Assembly: GCA_040756905.1 (NCBI GenBank)
Contig: JBFLYD010000009.1
Coordinates: 4,854-68,853, forward strand
Length of the DNA: 64,000 bases
Origin: Acidobacteriota bacterium
GTDB lineage: Bacteria; Acidobacteriota; Aminicenantia; JBFLYD01
Reading direction: 5' to 3'
Every line of letters starts with the position of its first letter. Position 1 is the first letter of the stretch. Positions 8,423-17,293 of this stretch are shown here, piece after piece. A program made the translations under genes and the position numbers. The notes below the pieces were generated by a model. That model was not told the origin of the DNA. It saw nothing but the letters and a program-made list of their open reading frames with translations, and did no database searches.

Positions 8423-9133
8423 CTAAAGAAGTTTTCCCAGATGCATTTCACTAGGATATTTAAATATTGGTTTAATTTTAAGTTCTAAAATAGGATGATC
8501 TGGACACGTAATTTCGATTATGCCCCCGGCACCTTGTGGCGTATCTATCTTCCCAAACGCTATGCCCTGACCATTTCCATCATAAAATTTTCCTTGGAAC
8601 TGAACGCGGTTGTCCTTAACTCTAATCTGTAAAACAATATCTCCTGTTTCATCCTTCACTTCTAAAGCATCCTTTGTAAAATTTCGATCAAATGCCTTTT
8701 CCTTTTTTATCTTCCATTCATTAGCTAGAAGTTCTGCAACCACCTCACCCTTTTTATTTCGGATTATGGTAGAAATCTTTAAATTCCCATTTTCTGTCCA
8801 GATAGTAAGACAATTATCTTCAAAGATTTTAAATAAAGGTGATCCCTCAGGGCCTCTATAGTCAAGAATTGCGCCTGAATCACCAAATTCAAATTGAGGG
8901 TATTGCTTTTCTTGCGGGTCTAATAAGATCGTTTTTGATTTATTTTCCAATTTGCCTGCATACTTTGAGATCTCTTTATCCATATATTCCTTTCTCTGAA
9001 TAACAAATTGAATAATTGCTCCTAAAATTATCAGGAATACCATAGCGATTGTGAGCCATGAAGGGATTACCCTCGGTTTAAGCCAGCCGATAATTGCAAT
9101 AATTGCCATGATTACTATTAATAAATATTTCAT
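8423..9133 (-). CDS. Membrane-anchored hypothetical protein.
   Basis: 236 aa with two N-terminal TM helices (LLIVIMAIIAIIGWL and LTIAMVFLIILGAIIQFVI) followed by a globular domain. No family recognised. Confidence 0.5.
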   Translation of the reverse strand: MKYLLIVIMAIIAIIGWLKPRVIPSWLTIAMVFLIILGAIIQFVIQRKEYMDKEISKYAGKLENKSKTILLDPQEKQYPQFEFGDSGAILDYRGPEGSPLFKIFEDNCLTIWTENGNLKISTIIRNKKGEVVAELLANEWKIKKEKAFDRNFTKDALEVKDETGDIVLQIRVKDNRVQFQGKFYDGNGQGIAFGKIDTPQGAGGIIEITCPDHPILELKIKPIFKYPSEMHLGKLL

Positions 9134-9641
9134 CTTGAACTCTTCATTTTTAGGAAATAGCTTTATCTGGGTTTATATTCGAAGTGGTTCAAACATTCCT
9201 CCATTTTTGTGTTATATCCGAATTACTTTGAACAAACATTATGTCTCTCCCTTTCAAGCTATCTTTTCTTTTTTATAATATATTATTCTTTGTTAAAAAA
9301 ATCAATTTTTTTTATCATTTTTTTCAATTTCTCAACTCCGCTCTAATATGTTAAATGTAAGTATCTCTGAGTAATTGACAAAGATTGGTGAGCTAAAAGT
9401 TTTTTTACACATCCTTAGAAATTAAATTTCCTAAAATACAGTGCGGCTTCAATATAACTTTGTATATAAGGAGAAATTTCATTTATATATTTTTGATTAC
9501 TTTGTTATTTTGGAGATGGTATTGTCCTTACATACTAAAAGACCTCCTATTATCCTCCTATTTAAACACGTTGTTTTGAAAATATTTTAAAACGACAATG
9601 ATAAAATAAGCATAATTTTACTTGGTTGAAAAAATATTAAG

Positions 9642-9714
9642 TGGAGCTGAGGGGATTTGAACCCCCGACCTCATGACTGCCAGTCATGCGCGCTCCCAGC
9701 TGCGCTACAGCCCC
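9642..9714 (-). tRNA. tRNA-Ala (anticodon GGC).
   Basis: The reverse complement GGGGCTGTAGCGCAGCTGGGAGCGCGCATGACTGGCAGTCATGAGGTCGGGGGTTCAAATCCCCTCAGCTCCA folds by hand into a cloverleaf. Acceptor 7 bp, D-arm GCGC/GCGC, anticodon stem CATGA/TCATG with loop CTGGCAG, T-arm GGGGG/CCCCT with TTCAAAT. The G3:U70 Ala identity pair is present. CCA is not encoded. Confidence 0.9.
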
Positions 9715-9725
9715 ATTTAATTTAT

Positions 9726-9731
9726 ATTATA
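9726..9731 (-). promoter_or_regulatory. Perfect TATAAT -10 hexamer about 12 nt upstream of the mature tRNA-Ala 5' end.
   Basis: attata on the plus strand is TATAAT on the minus strand. No convincing -35 at canonical spacing. Confidence 0.3.
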
Positions 9732-10031
9732 ATTTTTTTTATTTTTTGCAAATATATAATTCTTTCAAATTTTAATATGCAGCCCTTAAAAATTTGATAG
9801 GCATTAAATAATCCTTCCTTTATAAATGTAAAAGATGAATTTAGAAGATAATAATTGGGTGAAGCATTAAGATATCATTATCTGATGAGAAATCTGCCCT
9901 CTTAAAATTATCTATAAATTGAAAACTGGTGAAGAAGCCATCGTAAAATAGATTTTTGAAAAACTATTTTATGGAAAAATTGACATTTATAAGTTGAAAT
10001 GGATATTATTCAGTGAAAACTTTAAAGATAA

Positions 10032-10811
10032 ATGATTTATGAGTTTGAAGCTGAAATAATAGAGAAAAAAATCTGGTCAAATAAATATTGCTGCTTATCT
10101 TTAAAAATTCCTTTTGATAAAATCGAATTAAAACCAGGGCAATTTTTTATGGTAAAAGTGCAGGAGAATTTTCCTCTTTTAAGAAGACCTCTTGCAGTGA
10201 TGGATTTCGAAGAATCCTCCTTAAAGTTTTTTTTCCAGAGAGTTGGAATTGGAACTGAAATTTTATTTTTTAAAAAAGTAGGAGAAAGGGTTAGAATTCT
10301 CGGTCCATTTGGGAATGGGTTTTCTTATCCTGAAGAAAAGAAAAAGTCAGTTTTATTGATTGCAGGAGGAAGGGGCATATCTCCTATTTTCTATTTGGCT
10401 AAAAAGATGTATGAACATAGAATACCATTTGTGTTAATTTATGGCGGAAAAGCAAAGGAAGATATTCCCTTGATGGAGGAATTAGAAGAAAATAGCTTTA
10501 ATGTTGTCTATGTAACCGAGGACGGCTCCTTCGGGAAAAAAGGCATGGTAATAGATTTCATCGAAGAGATTGTTAAAAAGAAACAAATCTCCTCTATATA
10601 TTCATGTGGACCAGTAGAGATGCTCAAAAAGGTCTCTTATTTTTCTGAAAGAATTGACATAGAAAGCTTAATATCTCTTGAGATTATAATGGGGTGCGGG
10701 TTTGGAGCATGCTGGGGGTGTGCTGTAAGGATTAGAGAAAATGGAAAAGAGTGTTTTAAAAAAGCATGTGTTGATGGACCTGTGTTCAAATCAGAGGAGA
10801 TAGTATGGTAG
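10032..10811 (+). CDS. pyrK: Dihydroorotate dehydrogenase electron-transfer subunit PyrK (FAD/NAD-binding, 2Fe-2S).
   Basis: 259 aa with the C-terminal cluster motif CGFGACWGCAV...C. Overlaps pyrD by 7 nt. Confidence 0.85.
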   Translation: MIYEFEAEIIEKKIWSNKYCCLSLKIPFDKIELKPGQFFMVKVQENFPLLRRPLAVMDFEESSLKFFFQRVGIGTEILFFKKVGERVRILGPFGNGFSYPEEKKKSVLLIAGGRGISPIFYLAKKMYEHRIPFVLIYGGKAKEDIPLMEELEENSFNVVYVTEDGSFGKKGMVIDFIEEIVKKKQISSIYSCGPVEMLKKVSYFSERIDIESLISLEIIMGCGFGACWGCAVRIRENGKECFKKACVDGPVFKSEEIVW

Positions 10812-11728
10812 ATTTATCCGTAGATTTAAAATTTTTAAAGCTTAAAAATCCGATTTTAACTGCGAGTGGAACTTTTGGGTACGGAATCGAATTTTTACCT
10901 TTTTATGACCTCTCAATCCTTGGAGGAGTTATAGTCAAGGGGCTTTTTTTAAATGAAAAGAAAGGGAATCCTCCACCCCGGCTTTCTGAAACTCCCTCTG
11001 GACTTTTAAACTCGATAGGGCTTCAGGGGATTGGAGTCAAGAGATTTTATGAGGAAGTTTTTCCAGAATTAAAAAAATTTAACACAGAAATCCTGATAAA
11101 TGTCTGTGGTGATATTGATGAAGAGTATGCAGAAGTTGTGGATTTCTTTAAAAAAGAGGAAAGAATCTCAGGATTTGAATTGAACATATCATGTCCAAAT
11201 ATAAAAAAAGATGGGATGTGTCCTGCGATGGAACCAGATTGGACTTACAGGGTTGTAAAAATTGTAAGGGAGGTTACAGAAAAGCCAATCATTACAAAAT
11301 TATCACCCAATGCAGGGGATATAAAATCTGTTGCGATTTCCGCAGAGGAGGCTGGCTCTGATGGTATATCTCTTATCAACACAATCCTTGGGATGGCAGT
11401 TGATTGGAAAGAAAAAAAATCCAGGCTTGGCAGTTTATTTGGAGGTTTATCAGGCCCAGCGATTAAGCCAGTAGCTTTGAGGATGGTTTATCAGGTTATA
11501 AATGCAGTACAGATTCCTGTTATTGGTATAGGAGGAATCTTTTCCGGTGAGGATGTTATGGAGTTTTTATGTGTTGGAGCTAAAGCAGTTGAAATAGGAA
11601 CAGCAAACTTAGTAGATCCCTATGCCTGTAAGAGAATTATAGATGAGTTAAAGGAAATTTGTGAAAGAAATTCTGTAGAAAGAATAGAAAATTTCATCGG
11701 GAGTTTTAAAAGTGAAAGAATTGATTAA
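10805..11728 (+). CDS. pyrD: Dihydroorotate dehydrogenase catalytic subunit PyrD (class 1B).
   Basis: LKNPILTASGTFGYG, NISCPN and IGIGGI motifs in the TIM-barrel DHOD family layout. Confidence 0.9.
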   Translation: MVDLSVDLKFLKLKNPILTASGTFGYGIEFLPFYDLSILGGVIVKGLFLNEKKGNPPPRLSETPSGLLNSIGLQGIGVKRFYEEVFPELKKFNTEILINVCGDIDEEYAEVVDFFKKEERISGFELNISCPNIKKDGMCPAMEPDWTYRVVKIVREVTEKPIITKLSPNAGDIKSVAISAEEAGSDGISLINTILGMAVDWKEKKSRLGSLFGGLSGPAIKPVALRMVYQVINAVQIPVIGIGGIFSGEDVMEFLCVGAKAVEIGTANLVDPYACKRIIDELKEICERNSVERIENFIGSFKSERID

Positions 11729-12425
11729 AAGGGTAATCGTAGCTCTTGATGTTGAGAGAATTGAGAGAGCTTTAGAAATCGTTGATTTTCTTGAAGAAAT
11801 CGAAATTTTTAAGGTAGGTCCTGGATTATTCCTTTCCTCAAGAGGAAAAATTATTGAAAAGCTACAGAAAAAAAATAAGAAAATTTTTCTTGATTTGAAA
11901 TTTCATGACATACCAAACACAGTTTTTAATGCAGTAAAAGAAGCAACAAAAATGGGAGTTTCCATGATGACAGTTCATTCGCTCGGAGGAAAAGAAATGC
12001 TTATGAAAGCTTCAGAGGCAGCTCAGAATCAAGCTGAGATTTCAGGAATTCCCAGACCATTGATAATGGCAGTGACAATACTTACGAGCATGGAACAGAA
12101 AAACTTGAAAGAGATCGGAATAGAAAAAGATGTGGGGTCGATGGTTTTAAACCTTGCAAGGATTTCCAAAGAATCAGGTTCAGATGGAGTTATTTCATCA
12201 CCCCTGGAGATTGAAATTATAAAGAAAAATTTAGGAGATGATTTTTTAGTTGCCACCCCTGGGATAAGGATTGAGAAAGTTCCTCAAGATGACCAGAAAA
12301 GAGTTCTTTCTCCTCTTGAGGCAATAGAACTTGGTGCAGATTATATAATTATTGGTAGAACGATAATTGAAAAACCTGAAAAATCTTACAAAGATTTGCT
12401 GAAACTTTTTAATAAAACCTCTTAA
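11712..12425 (+). CDS. pyrF: Orotidine 5'-phosphate decarboxylase PyrF.
   Basis: VIVALDV...LDLKFHDIPNTV...PGI motifs. Overlaps pyrD. Confidence 0.85.
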   Translation: MKELIKRVIVALDVERIERALEIVDFLEEIEIFKVGPGLFLSSRGKIIEKLQKKNKKIFLDLKFHDIPNTVFNAVKEATKMGVSMMTVHSLGGKEMLMKASEAAQNQAEISGIPRPLIMAVTILTSMEQKNLKEIGIEKDVGSMVLNLARISKESGSDGVISSPLEIEIIKKNLGDDFLVATPGIRIEKVPQDDQKRVLSPLEAIELGADYIIIGRTIIEKPEKSYKDLLKLFNKTS

Positions 12426-13002
12426 CTGAGTAAAAAGAAGCGCCTATTGCTCCCACTACAATTCCTACAATTACAAAAACTACAATTGAAATTAGTATCA
12501 CAACAATTGTGTAACCAAGAGCTTTTTCTTTCGGAGTTTCCATAAGAGAAGGAATTCCTAAATATAGAAGATAAAGTCCATAAAGAGCTATAAGTAAACC
12601 AATGGGTGAAAGTTGAGGTATTATGTTAAAAATCCCTCCAATCCATGCGGGAGTGAATGAAAAAATTGCAATTTTCATTGCATTTAAACTATTCTGGATT
12701 GAGCTAAAACTTGGTGCCAGTAAGTTAATTATCGATCCGATTATGTAAACACCGATCAATCCTATTATGTAAGAGAAGATCATTATAAGAAAAGCTGAAC
12801 CTACAGGAACTCTGTATTTTAATCCCAGGAATGAATATCCGATCAATGAGGAACCTATAAAAGTTGCCACAGCCGGGATCGCAGCTAAAATAACCGCATA
12901 ACTTGTAAATAACTGTGATATAGTAATCTGCTCTTCTTTAATTTTTATCCATGTGTCTTTAGGCTTAAAAAGAACTTCCTGAACCCTATCTATCAAGTTC
13001 AT
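12409..13002 (-). CDS. Yip1-family integral membrane protein.
   Basis: 197 aa with five predicted TM helices after a 35-aa N-terminal cytoplasmic segment, in the bacterial Yip1/DUF1282-like layout. Confidence 0.55.
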   Translation of the reverse strand: MNLIDRVQEVLFKPKDTWIKIKEEQITISQLFTSYAVILAAIPAVATFIGSSLIGYSFLGLKYRVPVGSAFLIMIFSYIIGLIGVYIIGSIINLLAPSFSSIQNSLNAMKIAIFSFTPAWIGGIFNIIPQLSPIGLLIALYGLYLLYLGIPSLMETPKEKALGYTIVVILISIVVFVIVGIVVGAIGASFYSVKRFY

Positions 13003-13071
13003 TTTTACCTCCTAAAAAAGTTTTAAAGAGTATAAAAACATATTGCACTAATGTCAAGAAAAATTAAAAGC

Positions 13072-13107
13072 GATTTAGATGCTCGTCGATTTATCGCTCA
13101 AGGAACC
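13072..13107 (+). repeat. Fragment related to repeat family R1 (the internal segment tagatgctcgtcgatttatcgctca).
   Basis: 27-nt match with one mismatch to 44934-44960 inside the R1 copy at 44698-45013. Confidence 0.45.
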
Positions 13108-13118
13108 ATTGTCTCATT

Positions 13119-14027
13119 TTAAAAGACATAGGAGAGGGCAAAGCCTGTTTGGGCAAAGAACATCATCATATACATGTGTTTCCATGATATATGGTTTTCC
13201 TCGATGGCTAATTCTTCAGGTTTTTTAAGAATTAGATAATCTACATAAAATCCCCATAGGACAAGGGAAAACCCAAGAATAGTTAAAAGAAAAGGATTTC
13301 CTGTGAGTACCCTAAATTTTGCTCCGAGCGGGATTAAAAAGAAGGGAAGTATGAAGAAAGGCGATATCATCCATGCTGCCTTTTTAACGCCATATTTAAC
13401 TGGAAGAGTTATGCAGTTGTTTTTTTTATCCCCTTCGATATCAGCGAAGTCTTTTGTTGATGTTGCTCCTAACAAAAAAAGTCCAAATATAAGGCCTATG
13501 AACCAGGGTTCCACTCCAATTATCGATTTTACAGAGGACCAGCCAGCTACTTTAAGAAGGATTCCCCTCGGGAGAGCAATCGTTATGTTGGCTGGAATTC
13601 CCCATCTTTTTGTTCTGAATGGATAACCTGAATAAATATAAGTCATCGAAGCAGCAATTAAGACCAGGATAAAGCATTCTTTTCTGCCTTCAGGGGATAC
13701 GTACCATGCCATTATAAATGCAAGGATGTAAAGGAAAACTGAAAATACATAAGCTTCTTTTAATGATAGTCTTCCCGATGGGAGCGGTCTTTTTGGCTTG
13801 TTAATCCTGTCTATTTCTATATCAAAAATCTGATTCAACCCATTTGATGCTCCATTTAATATTGCTGCCATAAACGAGCCCAGAATTAAATAAAATAAAT
13901 AACTCCATTGAAAAGGAGTCTTAGGATAGGCTCCCCAGGAGCAAATTCCTCCAGAAAGAAAACCCAAAAATGGAGCTATTAAGGTAAAGGGTCTCATAAA
14001 CTCTAAGTAGAGTTTTATTTTTTTCAT
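13119..14027 (-). CDS. UbiA-family prenyltransferase (DGGGPS/chlorophyll-synthase-like).
   Basis: Two Asp-rich motifs, NQIFDIEIDRINKPKRPLPSG and DFADIEGDKK. About 8 TM segments. Confidence 0.8.
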   Translation of the reverse strand: MKKIKLYLEFMRPFTLIAPFLGFLSGGICSWGAYPKTPFQWSYLFYLILGSFMAAILNGASNGLNQIFDIEIDRINKPKRPLPSGRLSLKEAYVFSVFLYILAFIMAWYVSPEGRKECFILVLIAASMTYIYSGYPFRTKRWGIPANITIALPRGILLKVAGWSSVKSIIGVEPWFIGLIFGLFLLGATSTKDFADIEGDKKNNCITLPVKYGVKKAAWMISPFFILPFFLIPLGAKFRVLTGNPFLLTILGFSLVLWGFYVDYLILKKPEELAIEENHISWKHMYMMMFFAQTGFALSYVF

Positions 14028-15364
14028 TTGACAAGAGAGAAAATGAAAATTGAAATCAAACCACCAGAAAGTGTGTTTATAAAGTTTGTTATTTCATTTG
14101 AAATTATTCCCTTTACCTCAATGGTTGAGCTTATAATGTTTTCAAAAAAATTTGCTAAAAGACAGGATATAAGAACGATTAGAATTGAAATGCTATTGAT
14201 GAGTCCAATGTAAAAAGATACAAAAGAAATCAGTAAGGCAGAGAAAATTCCAAAGAGAGTCCCCTCCAATGAGAATCCTCCTGGTTCACCTGCCGTGACT
14301 TTTTTTAAACTTAAAATTGAATAGGTCTCTTTTCCAAATACTTTTCCGAGTTCAGATGATGCGGTATCAAAAGTCCCTGTGGCAAGAGATGATACAAATG
14401 CTATGGAAAACAGATCTTTTGAATAAGAAAATGCTAAATAACTGAAAAAAAGGGGAGCAAATCCCTTTCCGAAAACATTTTTGAAGGACCTTGCACCTTT
14501 TCTTTCTTCAGCTATGTGTAATTTTTCCTTTTTTTTAAGTCCTATCTTTGTTGATACTGTTCCGATAAGAAAAAATAAAAGGAGAATTAAAAACCCTGAA
14601 AAACCTAAAAATGTATAAATGCCAGTCCCAACAAAAATTCCAGATATAAAGCCGGAAATACTCACACCTCTGATTGCAATTCCTAAAATTGCGAAAATTA
14701 AATTAATGAATATCCCAGTTAAAAAATTAGAGATTAAAATGTCTTTCTTCAGAGAAAAAATAAAAGGGTCGGCTAAAAGCAGAACATACAGAAATATTCC
14801 AGATGAAATGGGTATCAGTAGGTTATCGTTAATTCTGATGGGAAGAGATTCAATGAATGAGGCAAAAATCGCCCCTAAAAAAGGAACAATGAACAAAGAA
14901 TAACTGTTTAAAACTCCTTCATATCTTGCTCCAACCCACCATATAAAAAAACTCATTCCAGCGAACCCGAATATAAAACAGATAATAGTTCCTAAATAGC
15001 TTTTCTCTTTATTCCAGGGGATTTTTTTCTTACCGAAGTGAATTCCAATTAAAGTGGCCATTCCATCCCCTAAAGCCATCATTGCCCATCCAGCTGCTGC
15101 TATGTGAAGATGATTTCTAAAAAGGATGATTAAGATAAACACCGAGAGAGGATAAAATATAATCCCTCCTATTCCTTTTAACTCTTCTTTTCTGAAAATT
15201 TTATCTTTTCCTATTTTTTTTAATATGGTGAGATTAAACCCTAAAGCGACCAGAGCAAGAAATGCTGCCTGATACCATTCCAGCCATCTTAGCAATAATG
15301 CGAAGCCTCCCATTGTTATGTGGATTATTTTTCTTAGATCTTCTGAAAATTTAGCGTTCATCAT
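14024..15364 (-). CDS. Fusion membrane protein with an N-terminal CTP-dependent polyprenol kinase-like domain (dolichol kinase/VTE5/CdsA superfamily) and a C-terminal DUF92 domain (TMEM19/VTE6-like).
   Basis: The N-terminal half has GDGMATLIGIHFGKKKIPWNKEKSYLGT, matching the GDxxAxxxGxxxGxxK signature. The C-terminal half has TGTFDTASSELGKVFGK, the DUF92 DTxxSExG signature. Overlaps UbiA by 4 nt. Confidence 0.6.
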   Translation of the reverse strand: MMNAKFSEDLRKIIHITMGGFALLLRWLEWYQAAFLALVALGFNLTILKKIGKDKIFRKEELKGIGGIIFYPLSVFILIILFRNHLHIAAAGWAMMALGDGMATLIGIHFGKKKIPWNKEKSYLGTIICFIFGFAGMSFFIWWVGARYEGVLNSYSLFIVPFLGAIFASFIESLPIRINDNLLIPISSGIFLYVLLLADPFIFSLKKDILISNFLTGIFINLIFAILGIAIRGVSISGFISGIFVGTGIYTFLGFSGFLILLLFFLIGTVSTKIGLKKKEKLHIAEERKGARSFKNVFGKGFAPLFFSYLAFSYSKDLFSIAFVSSLATGTFDTASSELGKVFGKETYSILSLKKVTAGEPGGFSLEGTLFGIFSALLISFVSFYIGLINSISILIVLISCLLANFFENIISSTIEVKGIISNEITNFINTLSGGLISIFIFSLVK

Positions 15365-16367
15365 TAAGTTTAATCACCTCGTCTTGAATCCATTCAATTG
15401 TATCTTTCAAGCCCTCTTCAAGCGATCTCCATTTATAGTCAAGCAATTTTTCAGCTTTTTCAGAAGAATAAGCCCAATTTTTTGTCAACAGTTTAACATC
15501 CCTGTGGATAAATTTTGGCTGTTTGTTTGTTATTTCTGAATAAAGATACTGAACGATACCAAAGGAATAGGCAATTGCTGGAGGAATTTTCAATTTAGGA
15601 GGTTTTATTCCTGTATATTTTTCTAATATTTCAAACACATTTTTATTTAACGTATTTTCTCCTCCCAGGATGAATTCTTCCCCAAATTTTTCCTTTTCCC
15701 ATGCTGAAATTATTCCCTCCACAACATCATCCACATAAACAAAGTTCCACAAATATTTGCCCTTTCCTATCATTCCAGGAAGATTTCCCTGTATATGGTC
15801 TAAAATCAGTTTTACGATAAAATTGCCGTCGGTAAGCTCTCCGGGTCCGTATATAATTCCAGGGAAAACAATGATTATTGGGTTTCCTTTTTTTTTATGT
15901 ATTTTTGAAATCTCATATCCCAGATATTTTGTTCTTTCATATTCGTTGAAAAATTTAACTCTTTCTTTGAAATCATCTTCATTGAAAATTTTATCTCCTG
16001 TTGGTCCGGATACGAAAAAAGTTGACACATAAAGGAACTTTAATTTTTTTTGTTCACAGATGTTCAATAAATTTTGCAATGCTTGGACATTTATTTCATA
16101 GTATTCCTTTTTGTTCTTTACCCAGCTCTTCACAAGAGCTGCGAGGTGTAATATCCCATCGATTCCATCGATTGTTTTATTTATTATTTCCCTATCCCGA
16201 ATATCTCCAAAAACAATTTCCAATTCTTCAGGAAAGTCTTTTATTTTTGTTATATCCCTAGCTACAATTCTTAATTTATATCCTTTTCTGTGTAAAGCAA
16301 AGCACAATCTTTTTCCTAAAAAACCAGTTCCTCCTGTGACGAGGAGTTTCACACTATAACTCGCCAC
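15351..16367 (-). CDS. NAD-dependent epimerase/dehydratase family protein (extended SDR).
   Basis: N-terminal LLVTGGTGFLGKRL, a YxxxK region and 338 aa overall. Confidence 0.7.
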   Translation of the reverse strand: MASYSVKLLVTGGTGFLGKRLCFALHRKGYKLRIVARDITKIKDFPEELEIVFGDIRDREIINKTIDGIDGILHLAALVKSWVKNKKEYYEINVQALQNLLNICEQKKLKFLYVSTFFVSGPTGDKIFNEDDFKERVKFFNEYERTKYLGYEISKIHKKKGNPIIIVFPGIIYGPGELTDGNFIVKLILDHIQGNLPGMIGKGKYLWNFVYVDDVVEGIISAWEKEKFGEEFILGGENTLNKNVFEILEKYTGIKPPKLKIPPAIAYSFGIVQYLYSEITNKQPKFIHRDVKLLTKNWAYSSEKAEKLLDYKWRSLEEGLKDTIEWIQDEVIKLNDER

Positions 16368-17293
16368 CAGTTGATTAAATCCAGTAATGTTTTTTCAATT
16401 GGAATTTCAGGTTTCCAGCCTGTATCTTTTCTCAATTTATTGAAATCCCCATGGAGAACAGGTATGTCATGCTTTCTCTTTTTCTTCGTGTCTTCTATTA
16501 TTCTTATTTTTTTATCTGTATAAGATAGGAGTATTTCAAGAATTTCTCTTATTCTGTAAGTTTTACCAGAGCATGTTTGGTAGATTTCTCCTCTTTTCCC
16601 TTTGGTGAGTATAAGATAGTAAGCTTTGATTACATCTCTAACATCAGAAAAATCTCTTTTAATTTCTAAATTTCCTGTTTTTATAACAGGAGGAGATAAT
16701 CCTTTCTCAATAAATATAATCTGTCTGGCAAGGTCAGAACAAACAAAATTTTCGCTCTGTCCAGGTCCTGTATAGTTAAATGATCTTACAAAATACACGT
16801 TGAGTCCTTCTCCATTAAGATAGAGTTTGCCAAGGAGTTCTTGGGCTGCTTTTGATGTGGCATATGGATTTACCGGATTTATCGGGAATTTTTCATTTAT
16901 GGGTTGTTTAACTTGTGGAACATTTCCATACATTTCTGCTGATCCAACAAGAAGAATCTTTGAATCAGGTGAAGTATGCTTGATTGCTTCGAGGAGGTTA
17001 AGGGTTCCAAAAAAATTGGTTTGAAAGGTTAACCTTTTATTCAGCCAGCTTTTACTTACATTTGATATGGCAGCAAAGTGGAATACAAGGTCTGGTTTTA
17101 AATCTTTAATAATTGCTTTTAAAGATTTAAATTTTCTGATATCAAGAACATAAATTCCCTTCTTGTCGGAGGGGAACTTTGGATCTGCAATTCCGAATAC
17201 ATCGATATATTTTTTTCTTAAAAATTCTTTTAAGTGGCCTCCAGCAAAGCCAGTAATCCCTGTGATAAGAGCTCTCAAATTCTTTCTCTCCAC
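16349..17293 (-). CDS. GDP-mannose 4,6-dehydratase/Rmd-like NDP-sugar dehydratase or reductase (extended SDR).
   Basis: ALITGITGFAGGHLKEFL, SKAAQELL and NYTGPGQSENFVCSDLARQI. A paralogue of the next gene. Confidence 0.7.
   Translation of the reverse strand: MERKNLRALITGITGFAGGHLKEFLRKKYIDVFGIADPKFPSDKKGIYVLDIRKFKSLKAIIKDLKPDLVFHFAAISNVSKSWLNKRLTFQTNFFGTLNLLEAIKHTSPDSKILLVGSAEMYGNVPQVKQPINEKFPINPVNPYATSKAAQELLGKLYLNGEGLNVYFVRSFNYTGPGQSENFVCSDLARQIIFIEKGLSPPVIKTGNLEIKRDFSDVRDVIKAYYLILTKGKRGEIYQTCSGKTYRIREILEILLSYTDKKIRIIEDTKKKRKHDIPVLHGDFNKLRKDTGWKPEIPIEKTLLDLINWWRVIV

Noticed and set aside
9134-9641. Searched for a direct repeat of the tRNA-Ala 3' end that would mark the distal att site of an integrated island.
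   Set aside because: No convincing partial copy of the tRNA 3' half is recognisable by eye in 4389-4814 or elsewhere upstream. The island hypothesis therefore rests on gene content and context only.
12029-12256. 75-aa minus-strand ORF inside pyrF.
   Set aside because: Antisense to a well-supported PyrF coding frame.
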